From sequence record KY608966: a DNA stretch of 53,242 nucleotides; one strand, given 5' to 3'. Positions 43,531 to 52,938 of this stretch are shown one piece after another (position 1 is the stretch's first letter; each line of letters begins with the position of its first letter). The notes beneath the pieces are model-generated. The model saw nothing but the letters and a program-made list of their open reading frames with translations, was not told the origin of the DNA and did not search any database. Source of the stretch: Escherichia phage CF2. The translations under genes were made by a program, and so were the position numbers.

Positions 43531-43999
43531 TGTTAAACTCCTCAACACTGAATTCATCGTACACAATATTATGTGCCCACAAATGAGCGACGGCATTTGC
43601 CATGCTATCCTTCCATTTGGATTGTGAAGCTGTATGTGCCAATGCAACTACACGTACCAGGTTAAGGTTGGCTATCAGCATGTCAGCACAATGTTCGCAC
43701 GGCGGGTAGGTTATGTAGATGGTAACAGGGCCTAAAGAAGGAGTGTCTAACTCACTCCTTATGTTAGCTAAGGTGTTTATCTCGCTATGAATAGTTAGAG
43801 CGTTCTTGAGGCTATTAGGCACTATTCTTATAGAGTCTAACTGCGTAGGCAGACCGTTATATCCAGTGGAAATAATACGCTTGTTCTGGTCCACAAGAAC
43901 GCTACCGACTTGACGTTTCGGGTCCTTCGACCAGCTTGCAACTTCACAAGCTATGCGCATAAACCGCCTGTCCCACTTGTCCATCTTCTTCTTTTGCAT
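43514..43999 (-). CDS. dCMP deaminase
   Basis: Zinc-binding HSE and PCEHCA motifs; 161 aa; N-terminus typical of ComEB-like deaminases. Confidence 0.8.
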   Translation of the reverse strand: MQKKKMDKWDRRFMRIACEVASWSKDPKRQVGSVLVDQNKRIISTGYNGLPTQLDSIRIVPNSLKNALTIHSEINTLANIRSELDTPSLGPVTIYITYPPCEHCADMLIANLNLVRVVALAHTASQSKWKDSMANAVAHLWAHNIVYDEFSVEEFNNVQSV

Positions 44000-44014
44000 G
44001 GTAGTCTCCGTATA

Positions 44015-44040
44015 CGAAAATAGGGGCCGAAGCCCCTATT
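44015..44040 (-). terminator. Intergenic GC hairpin with UUCG tetraloop (terminator/attenuator)
   Basis: AGGGGC-TTCG-GCCCCT followed by ATTTT on the minus strand. Confidence 0.4.
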
Positions 44041-44060
44041 GAATATCTACTCGGCAGGGA

Positions 44061-44606
44061 TTATTCTTCCCAAGGAGCTGCTGCACCGTCATCAGCACCA
44101 GGTGCCGTTGCAGTAGCACTCGCCTTCGTTGAAGTACCCGCACCTGCACCTACTTTCTTCGTCGTCGATGCAGTTGCTTGAGAATGACCACCTACTGCAG
44201 TAGTTGCTTCAGTTGACGCTTTGTATTCGCGAATATCGTTCTGCGGGTCATACTCACCAGTCTTGTCAACACGAACACCGACTTTACCAGCTACGATACG
44301 GTTTTCCAGCAGATCAGTAGAAGTCAGTTCGACAATACCCAGTGCACGACACAGCGCAGACAGTTTGCGATGACCGATTTCAACAGCTTGTGCATTAGGG
44401 TTGGAGTAGGTAATCATGTCAAATACAACACGGTTAGCGAACTCACCTTCCTGCACTTTCAGACGCAGGGACAGGTAAGAACCAGTGCCTGCTTTAGTCG
44501 GCTTCAGCTCAACCTCTTCAATCATGAAGTTGTACCAGCCTTTCGGGATCGGGTCAAAAGACTGTTGCGGTTCGACGGTAGAGCTGTTGAAGTTTAATTC
44601 AGCCAT
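44061..44606 (-). CDS. Putative ssDNA-binding protein
   Basis: 181 aa; Gly/Ala/Thr-rich linker and acidic C-terminal tail (...DDGAAAPWEE); adjacent to Sak4-like ATPase. Confidence 0.45.
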   Translation of the reverse strand: MAELNFNSSTVEPQQSFDPIPKGWYNFMIEEVELKPTKAGTGSYLSLRLKVQEGEFANRVVFDMITYSNPNAQAVEIGHRKLSALCRALGIVELTSTDLLENRIVAGKVGVRVDKTGEYDPQNDIREYKASTEATTAVGGHSQATASTTKKVGAGAGTSTKASATATAPGADDGAAAPWEE

Positions 44607-44678
44607 TGTTTGGTATCCTGTTTAAGTTTAATTTAATTTCGTTTAACGCTTTACCGGCAGCGTTCGGCCGTGATGCTT

Positions 44679-44708
44679 ATTATACGCCACTTTTTATCAT
44701 GGCGTAAA
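44679..44708 (-). promoter_or_regulatory. sigma70-type promoter (TTTACG-N18-TATAAT), leftward
   Basis: Reverse complements at 44703-44708 and 44679-44684. Confidence 0.5.
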
Positions 44709-44713
44709 CACTT

Positions 44714-45598
44714 TTATTCGCTGGTTCCTTTCTCAGCTTGAGCGGCTTTCTTCGCCATCCAAGCTTGGTGCTTCTCTTTCGATTCGTCTGAACCGATTTT
44801 AGTAAGCTGCACGTTCGGGTCTTCGTTCTGCATCTGTTCTGCAGCTCGACCTGTCAGAAGCAGGTAACTGTCTGACTCCGGATGGTAGTACCACAGCTGG
44901 TAAGGATGATAGCCTTGTAGCTTATCATAAATCCAACCAAGATCTGCAGGTTCACGTGCATCCAGCTCACGACCTGGTGCGTTACGGCACTTAGCTTCCC
45001 ATTGGTAGTCAGGCTGGGTCTGGATGTAGCGCTCGCTGTTACCGTTGGCGTCAGGCGCAGTCATACGTAAAGCAAGCACCGCATCCATCAGGTACGGCAA
45101 CTGCTTAGGTAGCTGTTGGCCAGGCATAAGAGGTGAGTACAGCATTGCACCAGTAACCTCGTCCTTGTTCTTCTCAAGCTTGCACAAGTATGCAACGCTG
45201 AAAGGCAGGTCACGGAACTGACGCATGATGTACATCATCTTGTCGTTGGTGTTACCATACGCCTGTCGTTTGTCATTAACCTGCGACTTCTCATAGTCCA
45301 GACAAACTTCAGCCACATCTGACAGCGAATCGAAAATCAGATGTTCATACTTCTGCGCATCCTTACTTTCGGTAAGCCATTTGTACAACGCCAGAATGTC
45401 GTTGAACGTATTGATTGGTGTAGAGTCGATGTCAGCATCTGCAATCGACATCAAACCGCCTTCAGCGTTAATAACAAGAACCTTATCGTGAGGCAAGGTC
45501 TTAGCCAGGCTGGTTTTACCAACACCTGATGCGCCGTAAATAGCGACCTTAGGTCGCTTATTTTCTACGGCTTGTTTAGTAGATACAATCTGAACCAT
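44714..45598 (-). CDS. Sak4-like RecA-type ATPase
   Basis: P-loop VAIYGASGVGKTS then VLVINAEGG. Confidence 0.7.
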   Translation of the reverse strand: MVQIVSTKQAVENKRPKVAIYGASGVGKTSLAKTLPHDKVLVINAEGGLMSIADADIDSTPINTFNDILALYKWLTESKDAQKYEHLIFDSLSDVAEVCLDYEKSQVNDKRQAYGNTNDKMMYIMRQFRDLPFSVAYLCKLEKNKDEVTGAMLYSPLMPGQQLPKQLPYLMDAVLALRMTAPDANGNSERYIQTQPDYQWEAKCRNAPGRELDAREPADLGWIYDKLQGYHPYQLWYYHPESDSYLLLTGRAAEQMQNEDPNVQLTKIGSDESKEKHQAWMAKKAAQAEKGTSE

Positions 45599-45828
45599 TA
45601 GTGATAGTCCTCATAAAGTGATTCTTCATCGCAGTACATACGATAAAGAGCTTCTTCGGCTTCTTCCAGGGTGTCAAACTCCTCGCCACAGACGGAGTAT
45701 TTTGTGGGTTCATCGAATGACTCGACGATGTGCCAGTCATGATGAATACCGTATGTCCACAAGTCGCAGTCGTCTTTTGCAACAAGCTTACGTGTGGAAC
45801 GAAATTGTGCTAGAGTATTGATGCTCAT
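45598..45828 (-). CDS. Hypothetical acidic protein (76 aa)
   Basis: ATG at 45828 follows AGGAGAGAGAAT; ORF track calls upstream 45867. Confidence 0.5.
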   Translation of the reverse strand: MSINTLAQFRSTRKLVAKDDCDLWTYGIHHDWHIVESFDEPTKYSVCGEEFDTLEEAEEALYRMYCDEESLYEDYH

Positions 45829-45888
45829 ATTCTCTCTCCTCATGTGTATAGATGTATTATACACCACTTACATGGGGTAAGTACACTA

Positions 45889-46335
45889 CTATTTTACACT
45901 AACAGCTTGACACGATAGCCGCGACAAACCGAGGTTGGCTATGACGCCATCGAGCAATACTCCTGCATGTTCTTCGTTGTATGCTTCTACCCACAAAGGG
46001 ATGGTGACGCCCTTCAGATGGTCGCTATACACGTTGAACCTATATACCTGTTTGTGTGCTTTGTCAACACGTACAACAGTAAGGTTACCATCTTCGTAAG
46101 GAGGAAGCTCAACGCCTTTCTTACTCCAGAAGTTACGGAACTCAGCACTATTAACAATGCCGTGTACAACACGTTCTGTAAGCTCTGTTTTGAGGTCAGC
46201 ACGTGCCTTTGTACTGATAAAGAAACGACAAGAGAAGAAAGCATTGACGTTTAACACATCAACCGCGTACACAACGTTATGCTCTTCAGCAGTTGGTGCT
46301 TTATAAACAATATATTTAGTTTTGAACAGGTCCAT
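45889..46335 (-). CDS. Hypothetical protein (148 aa)
   Basis: ORF track 45889-46371 starts at GTG; ATG at 46335. Confidence 0.55.
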   Translation of the reverse strand: MDLFKTKYIVYKAPTAEEHNVVYAVDVLNVNAFFSCRFFISTKARADLKTELTERVVHGIVNSAEFRNFWSKKGVELPPYEDGNLTVVRVDKAHKQVYRFNVYSDHLKGVTIPLWVEAYNEEHAGVLLDGVIANLGLSRLSCQAVSVK

Positions 46336-46383
46336 AGTACTCTCCAGGGAGGAAGACTGGCGGGCTTGCACCCGCCTAAGTTA

Positions 46384-47289
46384 TTACAGCAGTTCTGCTT
46401 TCAGGGCAGCGATACCATCAAGCAATGCTTTGATGTCCGGATTAGACGCTGCCAGGTCTGCAACAACAGACTGGCGACGACGTTCCAGCTCTTTCTCAAC
46501 TTCCAGGTCGAGGCGTGCTGACGCTTCACGCAGTAAGTCTTCAACCTGCTGACGACGCTGATACTTGTTAAAGTCAGGCACATCAACCAGCCATTTGAGA
46601 GTTGCAGTGTTGTAGCCAGAAGTATTGGCTGCACTTACAGACACAACATCAACAAGCTTGGTACCGTTAAGCTCCGGATAATTAACATTGCGAACGTCAA
46701 CAACAGCTTTGTCACCTACACTTACTTTGCCGATGTACTTGTAAGTGTACACACGACCATTCGGTTCAAACTTAACACCTACAAACTTCAGTTTGTCGTC
46801 AGCAATAACTTCTTCCTCAACTTTGAAGCTGATTGCAGTGTTCTTGACAGGTGCAGCCGCTTTGAGCTTAGCAACCATGTACTGTTCGGAATGAGACGGA
46901 CGGCACAGACGGAAGACGTCTTCATTGTAGGTCAGCCAGTTACCGGTCTCATCCACGCATGCAATCTGATTAGTGCCATCCAGTGAACGAACACCAGGGC
47001 GATTCTTCTCAACACGATACAGCTTACCTTCTTTCAGGTTAGCGTAAGAACGGCGAGCGATACCCCAGTTGTGTTTTTCAGATTCGTACTTAGCGAAACG
47101 ATCAACGCTGAAGTTCTGCTTCAGACCACGGTCGTCAATTACCCATAAGTTATCGTAAGCACCGCCGAAAGAACCCAGGTTGGCATACACTTTGCCCTGC
47201 GTCAACAGGGAAGTGTTTCCCTCGTCAACACAGATAACAAAACCCAGAGCTTCGTGTGCTTTACCGCTGCGGTCAAATACTGTAGTCAT
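46384..47289 (-). CDS. Hypothetical protein (301 aa)
   Basis: ORF track; SD AAGGAA upstream. Confidence 0.7.
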   Translation of the reverse strand: MTTVFDRSGKAHEALGFVICVDEGNTSLLTQGKVYANLGSFGGAYDNLWVIDDRGLKQNFSVDRFAKYESEKHNWGIARRSYANLKEGKLYRVEKNRPGVRSLDGTNQIACVDETGNWLTYNEDVFRLCRPSHSEQYMVAKLKAAAPVKNTAISFKVEEEVIADDKLKFVGVKFEPNGRVYTYKYIGKVSVGDKAVVDVRNVNYPELNGTKLVDVVSVSAANTSGYNTATLKWLVDVPDFNKYQRRQQVEDLLREASARLDLEVEKELERRRQSVVADLAASNPDIKALLDGIAALKAELL

Positions 47290-47403
47290 TTCTTGTTTCC
47301 TTGTATACCAGTTTGATTGTATGCCAGAGTTATTCCCTGCGCATGTGCTTTATTGCTTAACCGTTAAAGACATTATATCATTAGTGAGTGGTGACGTACA
47401 CAC

Positions 47404-47694
47404 TTATTTTAAGGCAGAAGTGCAAATAGCATCACACAAACAATAATGAGCACGGTCGTAGTCTTCAAACAAGAACACTTCGCCATTGGCGACAACTTCA
47501 TTACTGTTGACCTGCAGGCTAATACCTGAATGCAGAAGCACATCCATAGCCTGGTCCTTATTCTTGTACGGGTCCCAAATAAGCTGGAAGCCTGACCCAC
47601 AAAGGAGACATCCCTTGAGCTCCGGAAGAGTTGACTCCTTCACAGTCACATTACAAATCTTAGCCAGTTTAGCACGAGAATCGAGAGTACTCAT
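47404..47694 (-). CDS. Hypothetical Cys-containing protein (96 aa)
   Basis: ORF track; ATGA overlap with upstream gene. Confidence 0.55.
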   Translation of the reverse strand: MSTLDSRAKLAKICNVTVKESTLPELKGCLLCGSGFQLIWDPYKNKDQAMDVLLHSGISLQVNSNEVVANGEVFLFEDYDRAHYCLCDAICTSALK

Positions 47695-47981
47695 TTACGT
47701 TTACCTTTACGTTTGTGTAGCGGAGTATATGTTTTCTTTGACACGCCAAACATGGCCGCATATGTACCGACTTCTTTCTTTGTTGGCTTATCCACAATCT
47801 CGTCAATCACGATTAAGTCATGGTTGATATTGCGAAAGACTTCAGCCGCTCTTTTCTCAACAGGAGTAAAGTCAATAACCAGCTCTTTGCCTATCAGGCT
47901 TTCTTTGAACTTGTCAAACAGCCATTTGTCTCGCGGACCAGGATTGCCCATAAACATAACACGCATCTGCTTATTGTCCAT
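47691..47981 (-). CDS. Hypothetical basic protein (96 aa)
   Basis: ORF track. Confidence 0.55.
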   Translation of the reverse strand: MDNKQMRVMFMGNPGPRDKWLFDKFKESLIGKELVIDFTPVEKRAAEVFRNINHDLIVIDEIVDKPTKKEVGTYAAMFGVSKKTYTPLHKRKGKRK

Positions 47982-48049
47982 GGATGATATACCCCGTTAT
48001 TTGTGTTGCCAGGTACAAGCCGTATACCACACACCCAACGAGTATGGCA

Positions 48050-48388
48050 TCAAGAATCAGATGAGCTATCTTCACGTTTGACCTCCGGAAGTAATGAGTT
48101 ATCAACCTTGATCAGTACGTTACGGCTGTTAACCACTTCCAGGCTGGTGCCATCCTTTTTGTGGGTTACACGAATAAATGCAACACCCTCAGCCTGTGCC
48201 TGCTCGATAGCTTTATCCAGCACAACATTATCCTGTACCATATGGCGTACGCGAGGAAGGATATTGCAAAGAGGTTCCATCTCATCCATTCCTGCAGTAC
48301 GCATGACTGACTTGAGAATGCCAAGATGATGCTTATAACGGTCTTCAAGATTATACTTCTTGCTGTTATGCTTTAGTTCTGATGCCAT
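48050..48388 (-). CDS. Hypothetical protein (112 aa)
   Basis: ATG at 48388 with SD GGAGA; ORF track start is 48400. Confidence 0.55.
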   Translation of the reverse strand: MASELKHNSKKYNLEDRYKHHLGILKSVMRTAGMDEMEPLCNILPRVRHMVQDNVVLDKAIEQAQAEGVAFIRVTHKKDGTSLEVVNSRNVLIKVDNSLLPEVKREDSSSDS

Positions 48389-48432
48389 GTAAGTCTCCAA
48401 AAGTTAAGGGGCTTGAGCTAAGCCCCGTTTAA

Positions 48433-48882
48433 TTACTCGGCTTCTTCCGTAGCTGCCGGGGTGAATGTTACAGTCGGAATACCAGGCGAGGTCTTCACAA
48501 CAGGGTCGACGATAGCCAGTTGTTCTGGTGTCAGGTTACGGTATGCAGTAACTGACATTTCATATTTGGTTTTAAACAGCTTGGCAACAACAGTCTTCGG
48601 TAACTTCTTCATTACGTCAGGCACAAGCTTCTGGTCTAGTGAGCGGTTAACCTTCTGCTCAACCTTGAGTTTACCAGGTACGCCATGCAGGCTAAACTCA
48701 ACCGTTTGTGTACCTTCTTTACCACGATTGATAATCATGTCACGTTCAAGACGTGCTTTAATGGTCCGGCGCAACGTCTCCTGGTCAGCTTTCGCTTGTG
48801 CCATCCAGCGGTTCAGATTCGCCAGCTTGTCGTACAGCTGTTCCGTGTCCATCGATTCCAGTTCTTGTGGGTTCAATGCCAT
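48433..48882 (-). CDS. Hypothetical protein (149 aa)
   Basis: ATG at 48882 with SD GAGGAA; ORF track start is 48921. Confidence 0.55.
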   Translation of the reverse strand: MALNPQELESMDTEQLYDKLANLNRWMAQAKADQETLRRTIKARLERDMIINRGKEGTQTVEFSLHGVPGKLKVEQKVNRSLDQKLVPDVMKKLPKTVVAKLFKTKYEMSVTAYRNLTPEQLAIVDPVVKTSPGIPTVTFTPAATEEAE

Positions 48883-49153
48883 CAGTTGTTTCCTCAGGTT
48901 GCATGTGCATAGTTGCACCAATTAGTAGACAATAGTTATTGAACATTGTACGTAGTGCCTGGCCCGCAACAATATCCGTTATGTCTATTATACCACTTTT
49001 AGTGGTGACGCGTAAAGCTTTTTCTTTCTTTGTTTTTTCCACGAATGCAATGCTGATGATTTCTTCCGCATGAATTACGTGGATAGTACCTGCAAACTCA
49101 CCAGTCTTAGCTGGTGCCTGGTACACTAACGACATAGACGGTTGGTTACTCAC
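48785..49153 (-). CDS. Hypothetical protein; 3' boundary uncertain
   Basis: GTG start after SD AGGAG; 3' end overlaps the next gene in another frame. Confidence 0.35.
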   Translation of the reverse strand: MSNQPSMSLVYQAPAKTGEFAGTIHVIHAEEIISIAFVEKTKKEKALRVTTKSGIIDITDIVAGQALRTMFNNYCLLIGATMHMQPEETTDGIEPTRTGIDGHGTAVRQAGESEPLDGTSES

Positions 49154-49163
49154 TTAATTACTC

Positions 49164-49601
49164 CTATTTATATAAGTCCATCCAGTTACGATACTCATCA
49201 TAGAACCGGTCAAACTCGTTTTTGGTGAGTGCAATAGCAACACCATTTACCAGATGCATGGTTCTTGTTTTGATGTTGACATACATGACGTTGCTGTACG
49301 GGAACAAGCTACCGTCATTGTCAGTGAAGTAAGTCGGTGTAATATGAAGCGCATCGCGCAATGCAACCAGCGCTTCAACAGCTTCTGCATGACCGTCACG
49401 GCGGAATGTCATACAAGGCGGTGCACCGTCTTCGTCCTGGGTACCGCGCAAAGTAAGGTACACAGTTTCAGCAACATCATTGTGTACGACTACGCTGATG
49501 TCAACGATGTCACTGGTACGGAAAGTAACAAAGTGCTGTACAATTACCTGTTCGTCGGTATTAGGACTGACGCCCTGAAAGGTCTTGAGTGTGTGAAACA
49601 T
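49164..49601 (-). CDS. Hypothetical protein (145 aa), first gene of leftward replication operon
   Basis: ATG at 49601 with SD AAGGAGA; ORF track start 49685 lies in the promoter. Confidence 0.55.
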   Translation of the reverse strand: MFHTLKTFQGVSPNTDEQVIVQHFVTFRTSDIVDISVVVHNDVAETVYLTLRGTQDEDGAPPCMTFRRDGHAEAVEALVALRDALHITPTYFTDNDGSLFPYSNVMYVNIKTRTMHLVNGVAIALTKNEFDRFYDEYRNWMDLYK

Positions 49602-49632
49602 TGGTTGTATCTCCTTAACAGAATGTAAGTCT

Positions 49633-49661
49633 ATTATGTATATAAAGGAGGGGAAAGTAAA
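49633..49661 (-). promoter_or_regulatory. sigma70-type promoter (TTTACT-N17-CATAAT) driving the leftward replication operon
   Basis: Reverse complements at 49656-49661 and 49633-49638; divergent from promoter at 49695. Confidence 0.5.
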
Positions 49662-49694
49662 TAGATATAAATGTATAAAATACATAAAAGTCTA

Positions 49695-49724
49695 TTTACT
49701 CTGGTTTAATAACGTGTATATAAT
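49695..49724 (+). promoter_or_regulatory. sigma70-type promoter (TTTACT-N18-TATAAT), rightward
   Basis: Hexamers at 49695-49700 and 49719-49724. Confidence 0.55.
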
Positions 49725-49754
49725 GAGAGCCTCACAAACAAGAGGAGAGACTCA

Positions 49755-50087
49755 ATGATAAAGCCAAAACTGTTGCGGCATATTCGCAACGGTATTAAGC
49801 TACTCGCCGAAGGCAATGAATATGCCTGCAAGCAACGCGGTATTACAAAAGTCGGCCTGTTCAATAAAGAGTTACCGACTCGCTACTTTACCAAATCACC
49901 ATTAACACTCGTACCTGCAGCGGAGTATTATAAAGACCCCGAAGCAGCTCGGGCTAAAATCAAGGAAGGTCTTGACCGACTTGTAGAGGAAGGCTATTTG
50001 ACAGTACGTCAACACACTGAATCATCTTATTACTACAAGCCAACTTCTAAGGTAACCAGCAATGACAATGACGAGTCAGCCGAGTGA
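49755..50087 (+). CDS. Hypothetical protein (110 aa)
   Basis: ORF track; SD AGAGGAGAGA upstream. Confidence 0.55.
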   Translation: MIKPKLLRHIRNGIKLLAEGNEYACKQRGITKVGLFNKELPTRYFTKSPLTLVPAAEYYKDPEAARAKIKEGLDRLVEEGYLTVRQHTESSYYYKPTSKVTSNDNDESAE

Positions 50088-52596
50088 TATTCTCGGTCTG
50101 AAATACTTTAAGCCAGAAGGGATTCCACAAGTCTTCAAAGATATGAAGCGCTGGGCTATTTTTGAGCTGACGTACGAAGACGAGACTCTCGAAGTTCAAT
50201 CCAAACCTAAGAAACCTGCAAGAGCGCCATCAGGCCGTTCCTTCAGCACAACAGTGCCTGAAGAGTGGATGACTTTCGACGACGCCCTGACACGTTGTAT
50301 CCGCAATCGTGAAATGAAGATTAAAGCTGTACAGGGTAACATCACCTTTGTGCCGGCTTTGATTGTTCCTCGCCAGTGGTACTTTGTTGACCTGGACAAC
50401 CATGAAGATAATCCAGACATTGAAGCTACCCACAAAGCGATAATTGAGGGTACCCGTGGTGCTTATGCAGAGACGTCAATCTCTGGCAAAGGTCAACACA
50501 TCGCAATCCCTTTACCCTGGACCGCAGCAACATCTAAAGAGAAAGACGACCAGCTGGACATCAAAATCCAGAAGGCTGAGATGTTCCTGGTAATGACAGG
50601 CAATGTGTTGAGTGAGTTCAATGCTAATCCTGTTTCAGCCCGTGAATGGCATGCAGCAATTGAGAAGTTCTTTCTTGAATCAAGCGCACCTGATATTGAT
50701 GTTGAGTTTGAGCAAGACGAAGACCGTGGCGAAGAGTATGACAAAGAGCTGTACGAACAGTTAGCCGACAATACTCGCTGGGCCTTAGAACACTATCTGA
50801 ATGAACATGCACCAGACGGTGTTGGTGTGAGTAATGACGGTTCCGAACGTTTAAGCCGCATACTCAAAGACTTGCTTCGTGTAACCCGTAACTATGAAGT
50901 TACACAACGCATCTTCATGGCCAGCAAAGCTGCAGCATACGAAGGTCGCAGACCAAGCCGACACAACTTGTCTGTTGACAAGTACCACCAGTGGTTCAGC
51001 CGTGTTGGTAAGACTGTGCTGAAAGAGATGCAACGTGACGGCTTATTCGTTAAGACCAAGTTTGCTCTTGACATCAACAAAGAGTTAGCCAAGAATTCAG
51101 GTGTCTCCCTGGCTGAGAACGTTGAGTTCAAGGTCAACGACGACATTCTGCCTTCTGATGTATTCGTCAGGACGGCTCCGTCCGGGTTTAAACGGCTTAT
51201 TGCTGAGATACAGGATAACATATCTCCGGCTAACAGGGTTAACGACTATGCAATCGGCACAGCTCTTAACATACTGAGCAACTGCGCCGGTCGCAAGTAT
51301 GTTTGTCCAGTAGGCGGTCATGCTAACTTCCTGGTAACCAACATCATTCTTGTGGGTGGTTCATCAATCGGTAAATCCCTGTATACCGAAATGTTCCCAC
51401 AAATCCAGGCAAGTGTGCCAGACACATCGCCTATCAGCCTTAACCGTATCCCAAGGGAACAGACTTTTGCAACCAGGACGTTTGCTGAACTGATGTCCAA
51501 CCCGTCATACCATTCAGTCCAGTTGTTCTACCCTGAATTTGGTCTGGCTTTAGGTTCAGGCTTACGCATGAATCCTAACAACCCGGACAACTTTCAGAAA
51601 GCTCTGATGGACGCTTCAACCAAGCGTAAGGTTGGCGGTATACTGACAGGTATCAAACGTGCTAATGCTGACAATGATGTCAAGACAGTAAGCGAACCGT
51701 GTTACTCTATCCTGGGTGACTCCACTCAAGAGCTTATCCTTGACAACACCCGGAAGCAAGACTTCTCAAGTGGCTTTTTGCCCCGCTTCCTGTTCATCCC
51801 GAACTACGAACGAGCGGAGTTTGCCAAACCTGAGAAGGTAGGACGTCGCCAGCAGATTCGCCGTACGTCCTTTTCAAAGGAGCTGATTGAGAAGCTGGAA
51901 GCAATCGCTTATGTGAATGCTATCCCGCCTAACGGTAAACTAAGGCACGACCCGATTCCTATTTACGATGAGTCGGACGATGATGACTTCCTGTACGAGT
52001 ACCAGTGCAATATTAATGACATGCGCCAGTATTACAGGGACAACGAAGTAGCATCTGCCTTTGTGGGCCGAATGGGTGAGTATGTATTCAATATAGCAGC
52101 ACTGATTGGCTTACTCGACAACTGGGATGCTCCTGTAATGACCAGGGACAACATCGAATGGGCTTACAAATACGTTCTTCGTTGTATAACCGCCTGGGTC
52201 AATAACACAAGCAGAATAGTCGCACCTCCGACTACCAACGCTGAAGTAGTTGACGGCTTCCTCAAAGTCTACAGGGACATTTTGGCCCTTTACGCCAAAA
52301 GCGGATGGAACGGTATTGTTAAGCATTATCCTGAGGGTGTTGTGAGAAGTATTCGAGAAGAACACCTCCAGATGAATGGTTTAAGCATATATGCTATTCG
52401 TCAATCTTTAAGCTGGTTTAAATCAAATTATGGTTTTAATATCACGGCTAATAATAAAGTCATTGACGGAATGCTACAGGACATGATTGACCAGGACTAT
52501 TTAGCGGTTCAAATATATAAGCCCACAAGAGGCCGAACTGCTAACATTTACTGCCTGACAGAGCGAGGATATGACACTGCTAAGAAACTAAAATAA
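50062..52596 (+). CDS. Primase-helicase (PrimPol-like N-terminal domain fused to a P-loop NTPase/helicase)
   Basis: 844 aa; N-terminal RWAIFEL...WMTFDDA...YFVDLDNH resembles the prim-pol fold; Walker A VGGSSIGKS. Confidence 0.75.
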   Translation: MTMTSQPSDILGLKYFKPEGIPQVFKDMKRWAIFELTYEDETLEVQSKPKKPARAPSGRSFSTTVPEEWMTFDDALTRCIRNREMKIKAVQGNITFVPALIVPRQWYFVDLDNHEDNPDIEATHKAIIEGTRGAYAETSISGKGQHIAIPLPWTAATSKEKDDQLDIKIQKAEMFLVMTGNVLSEFNANPVSAREWHAAIEKFFLESSAPDIDVEFEQDEDRGEEYDKELYEQLADNTRWALEHYLNEHAPDGVGVSNDGSERLSRILKDLLRVTRNYEVTQRIFMASKAAAYEGRRPSRHNLSVDKYHQWFSRVGKTVLKEMQRDGLFVKTKFALDINKELAKNSGVSLAENVEFKVNDDILPSDVFVRTAPSGFKRLIAEIQDNISPANRVNDYAIGTALNILSNCAGRKYVCPVGGHANFLVTNIILVGGSSIGKSLYTEMFPQIQASVPDTSPISLNRIPREQTFATRTFAELMSNPSYHSVQLFYPEFGLALGSGLRMNPNNPDNFQKALMDASTKRKVGGILTGIKRANADNDVKTVSEPCYSILGDSTQELILDNTRKQDFSSGFLPRFLFIPNYERAEFAKPEKVGRRQQIRRTSFSKELIEKLEAIAYVNAIPPNGKLRHDPIPIYDESDDDDFLYEYQCNINDMRQYYRDNEVASAFVGRMGEYVFNIAALIGLLDNWDAPVMTRDNIEWAYKYVLRCITAWVNNTSRIVAPPTTNAEVVDGFLKVYRDILALYAKSGWNGIVKHYPEGVVRSIREEHLQMNGLSIYAIRQSLSWFKSNYGFNITANNKVIDGMLQDMIDQDYLAVQIYKPTRGRTANIYCLTERGYDTAKKLK

Positions 52597-52606
52597 GTAA
52601 GTAAAT

Positions 52607-52650
52607 CAAGGGCTTGGGTAATTGTAAAAATCCTAAGCCCTTATTTTTTA
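52607..52650 (+). terminator. Rho-independent terminator after the primase-helicase gene
   Basis: 11-bp stem AAGGGCTTGGG/CCTAAGCCCTT with one G-U pair, 13-nt loop, then ATTTTTT. Confidence 0.7.
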
Positions 52651-52813
52651 AGCTTATTTTACAAACTGATTAATATTTAAACTATAATTAAATATATGGG
52701 CTATAAGAGTATGATTTTATTACTCTTTTACTAACCATAATATATGGGCTCCTTATAAAAGATTAAGGGGGTAAAAAAGGGGGATACAAGACCCGGATAA
52801 AAGGGGGTATATA

Positions 52814-52856
52814 TTTATTTATTATTATTATTATTATTATATATTATTAATTATAT
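52814..52856. repeat. AT-rich tract with (ATT)n microsatellite
   Basis: TTTATTTATTATTATTATTATTATTAT within a ~290-bp AT-rich non-coding stretch next to the terminal repeat. Confidence 0.7.
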
Positions 52857-52938
52857 TAGAAGTAATAAAAACAGCTACTTAGAGGCGTCTATATGTATGA
52901 TCCGGTTTATCTCTTTATTAATATCAGAACCGGATGAA

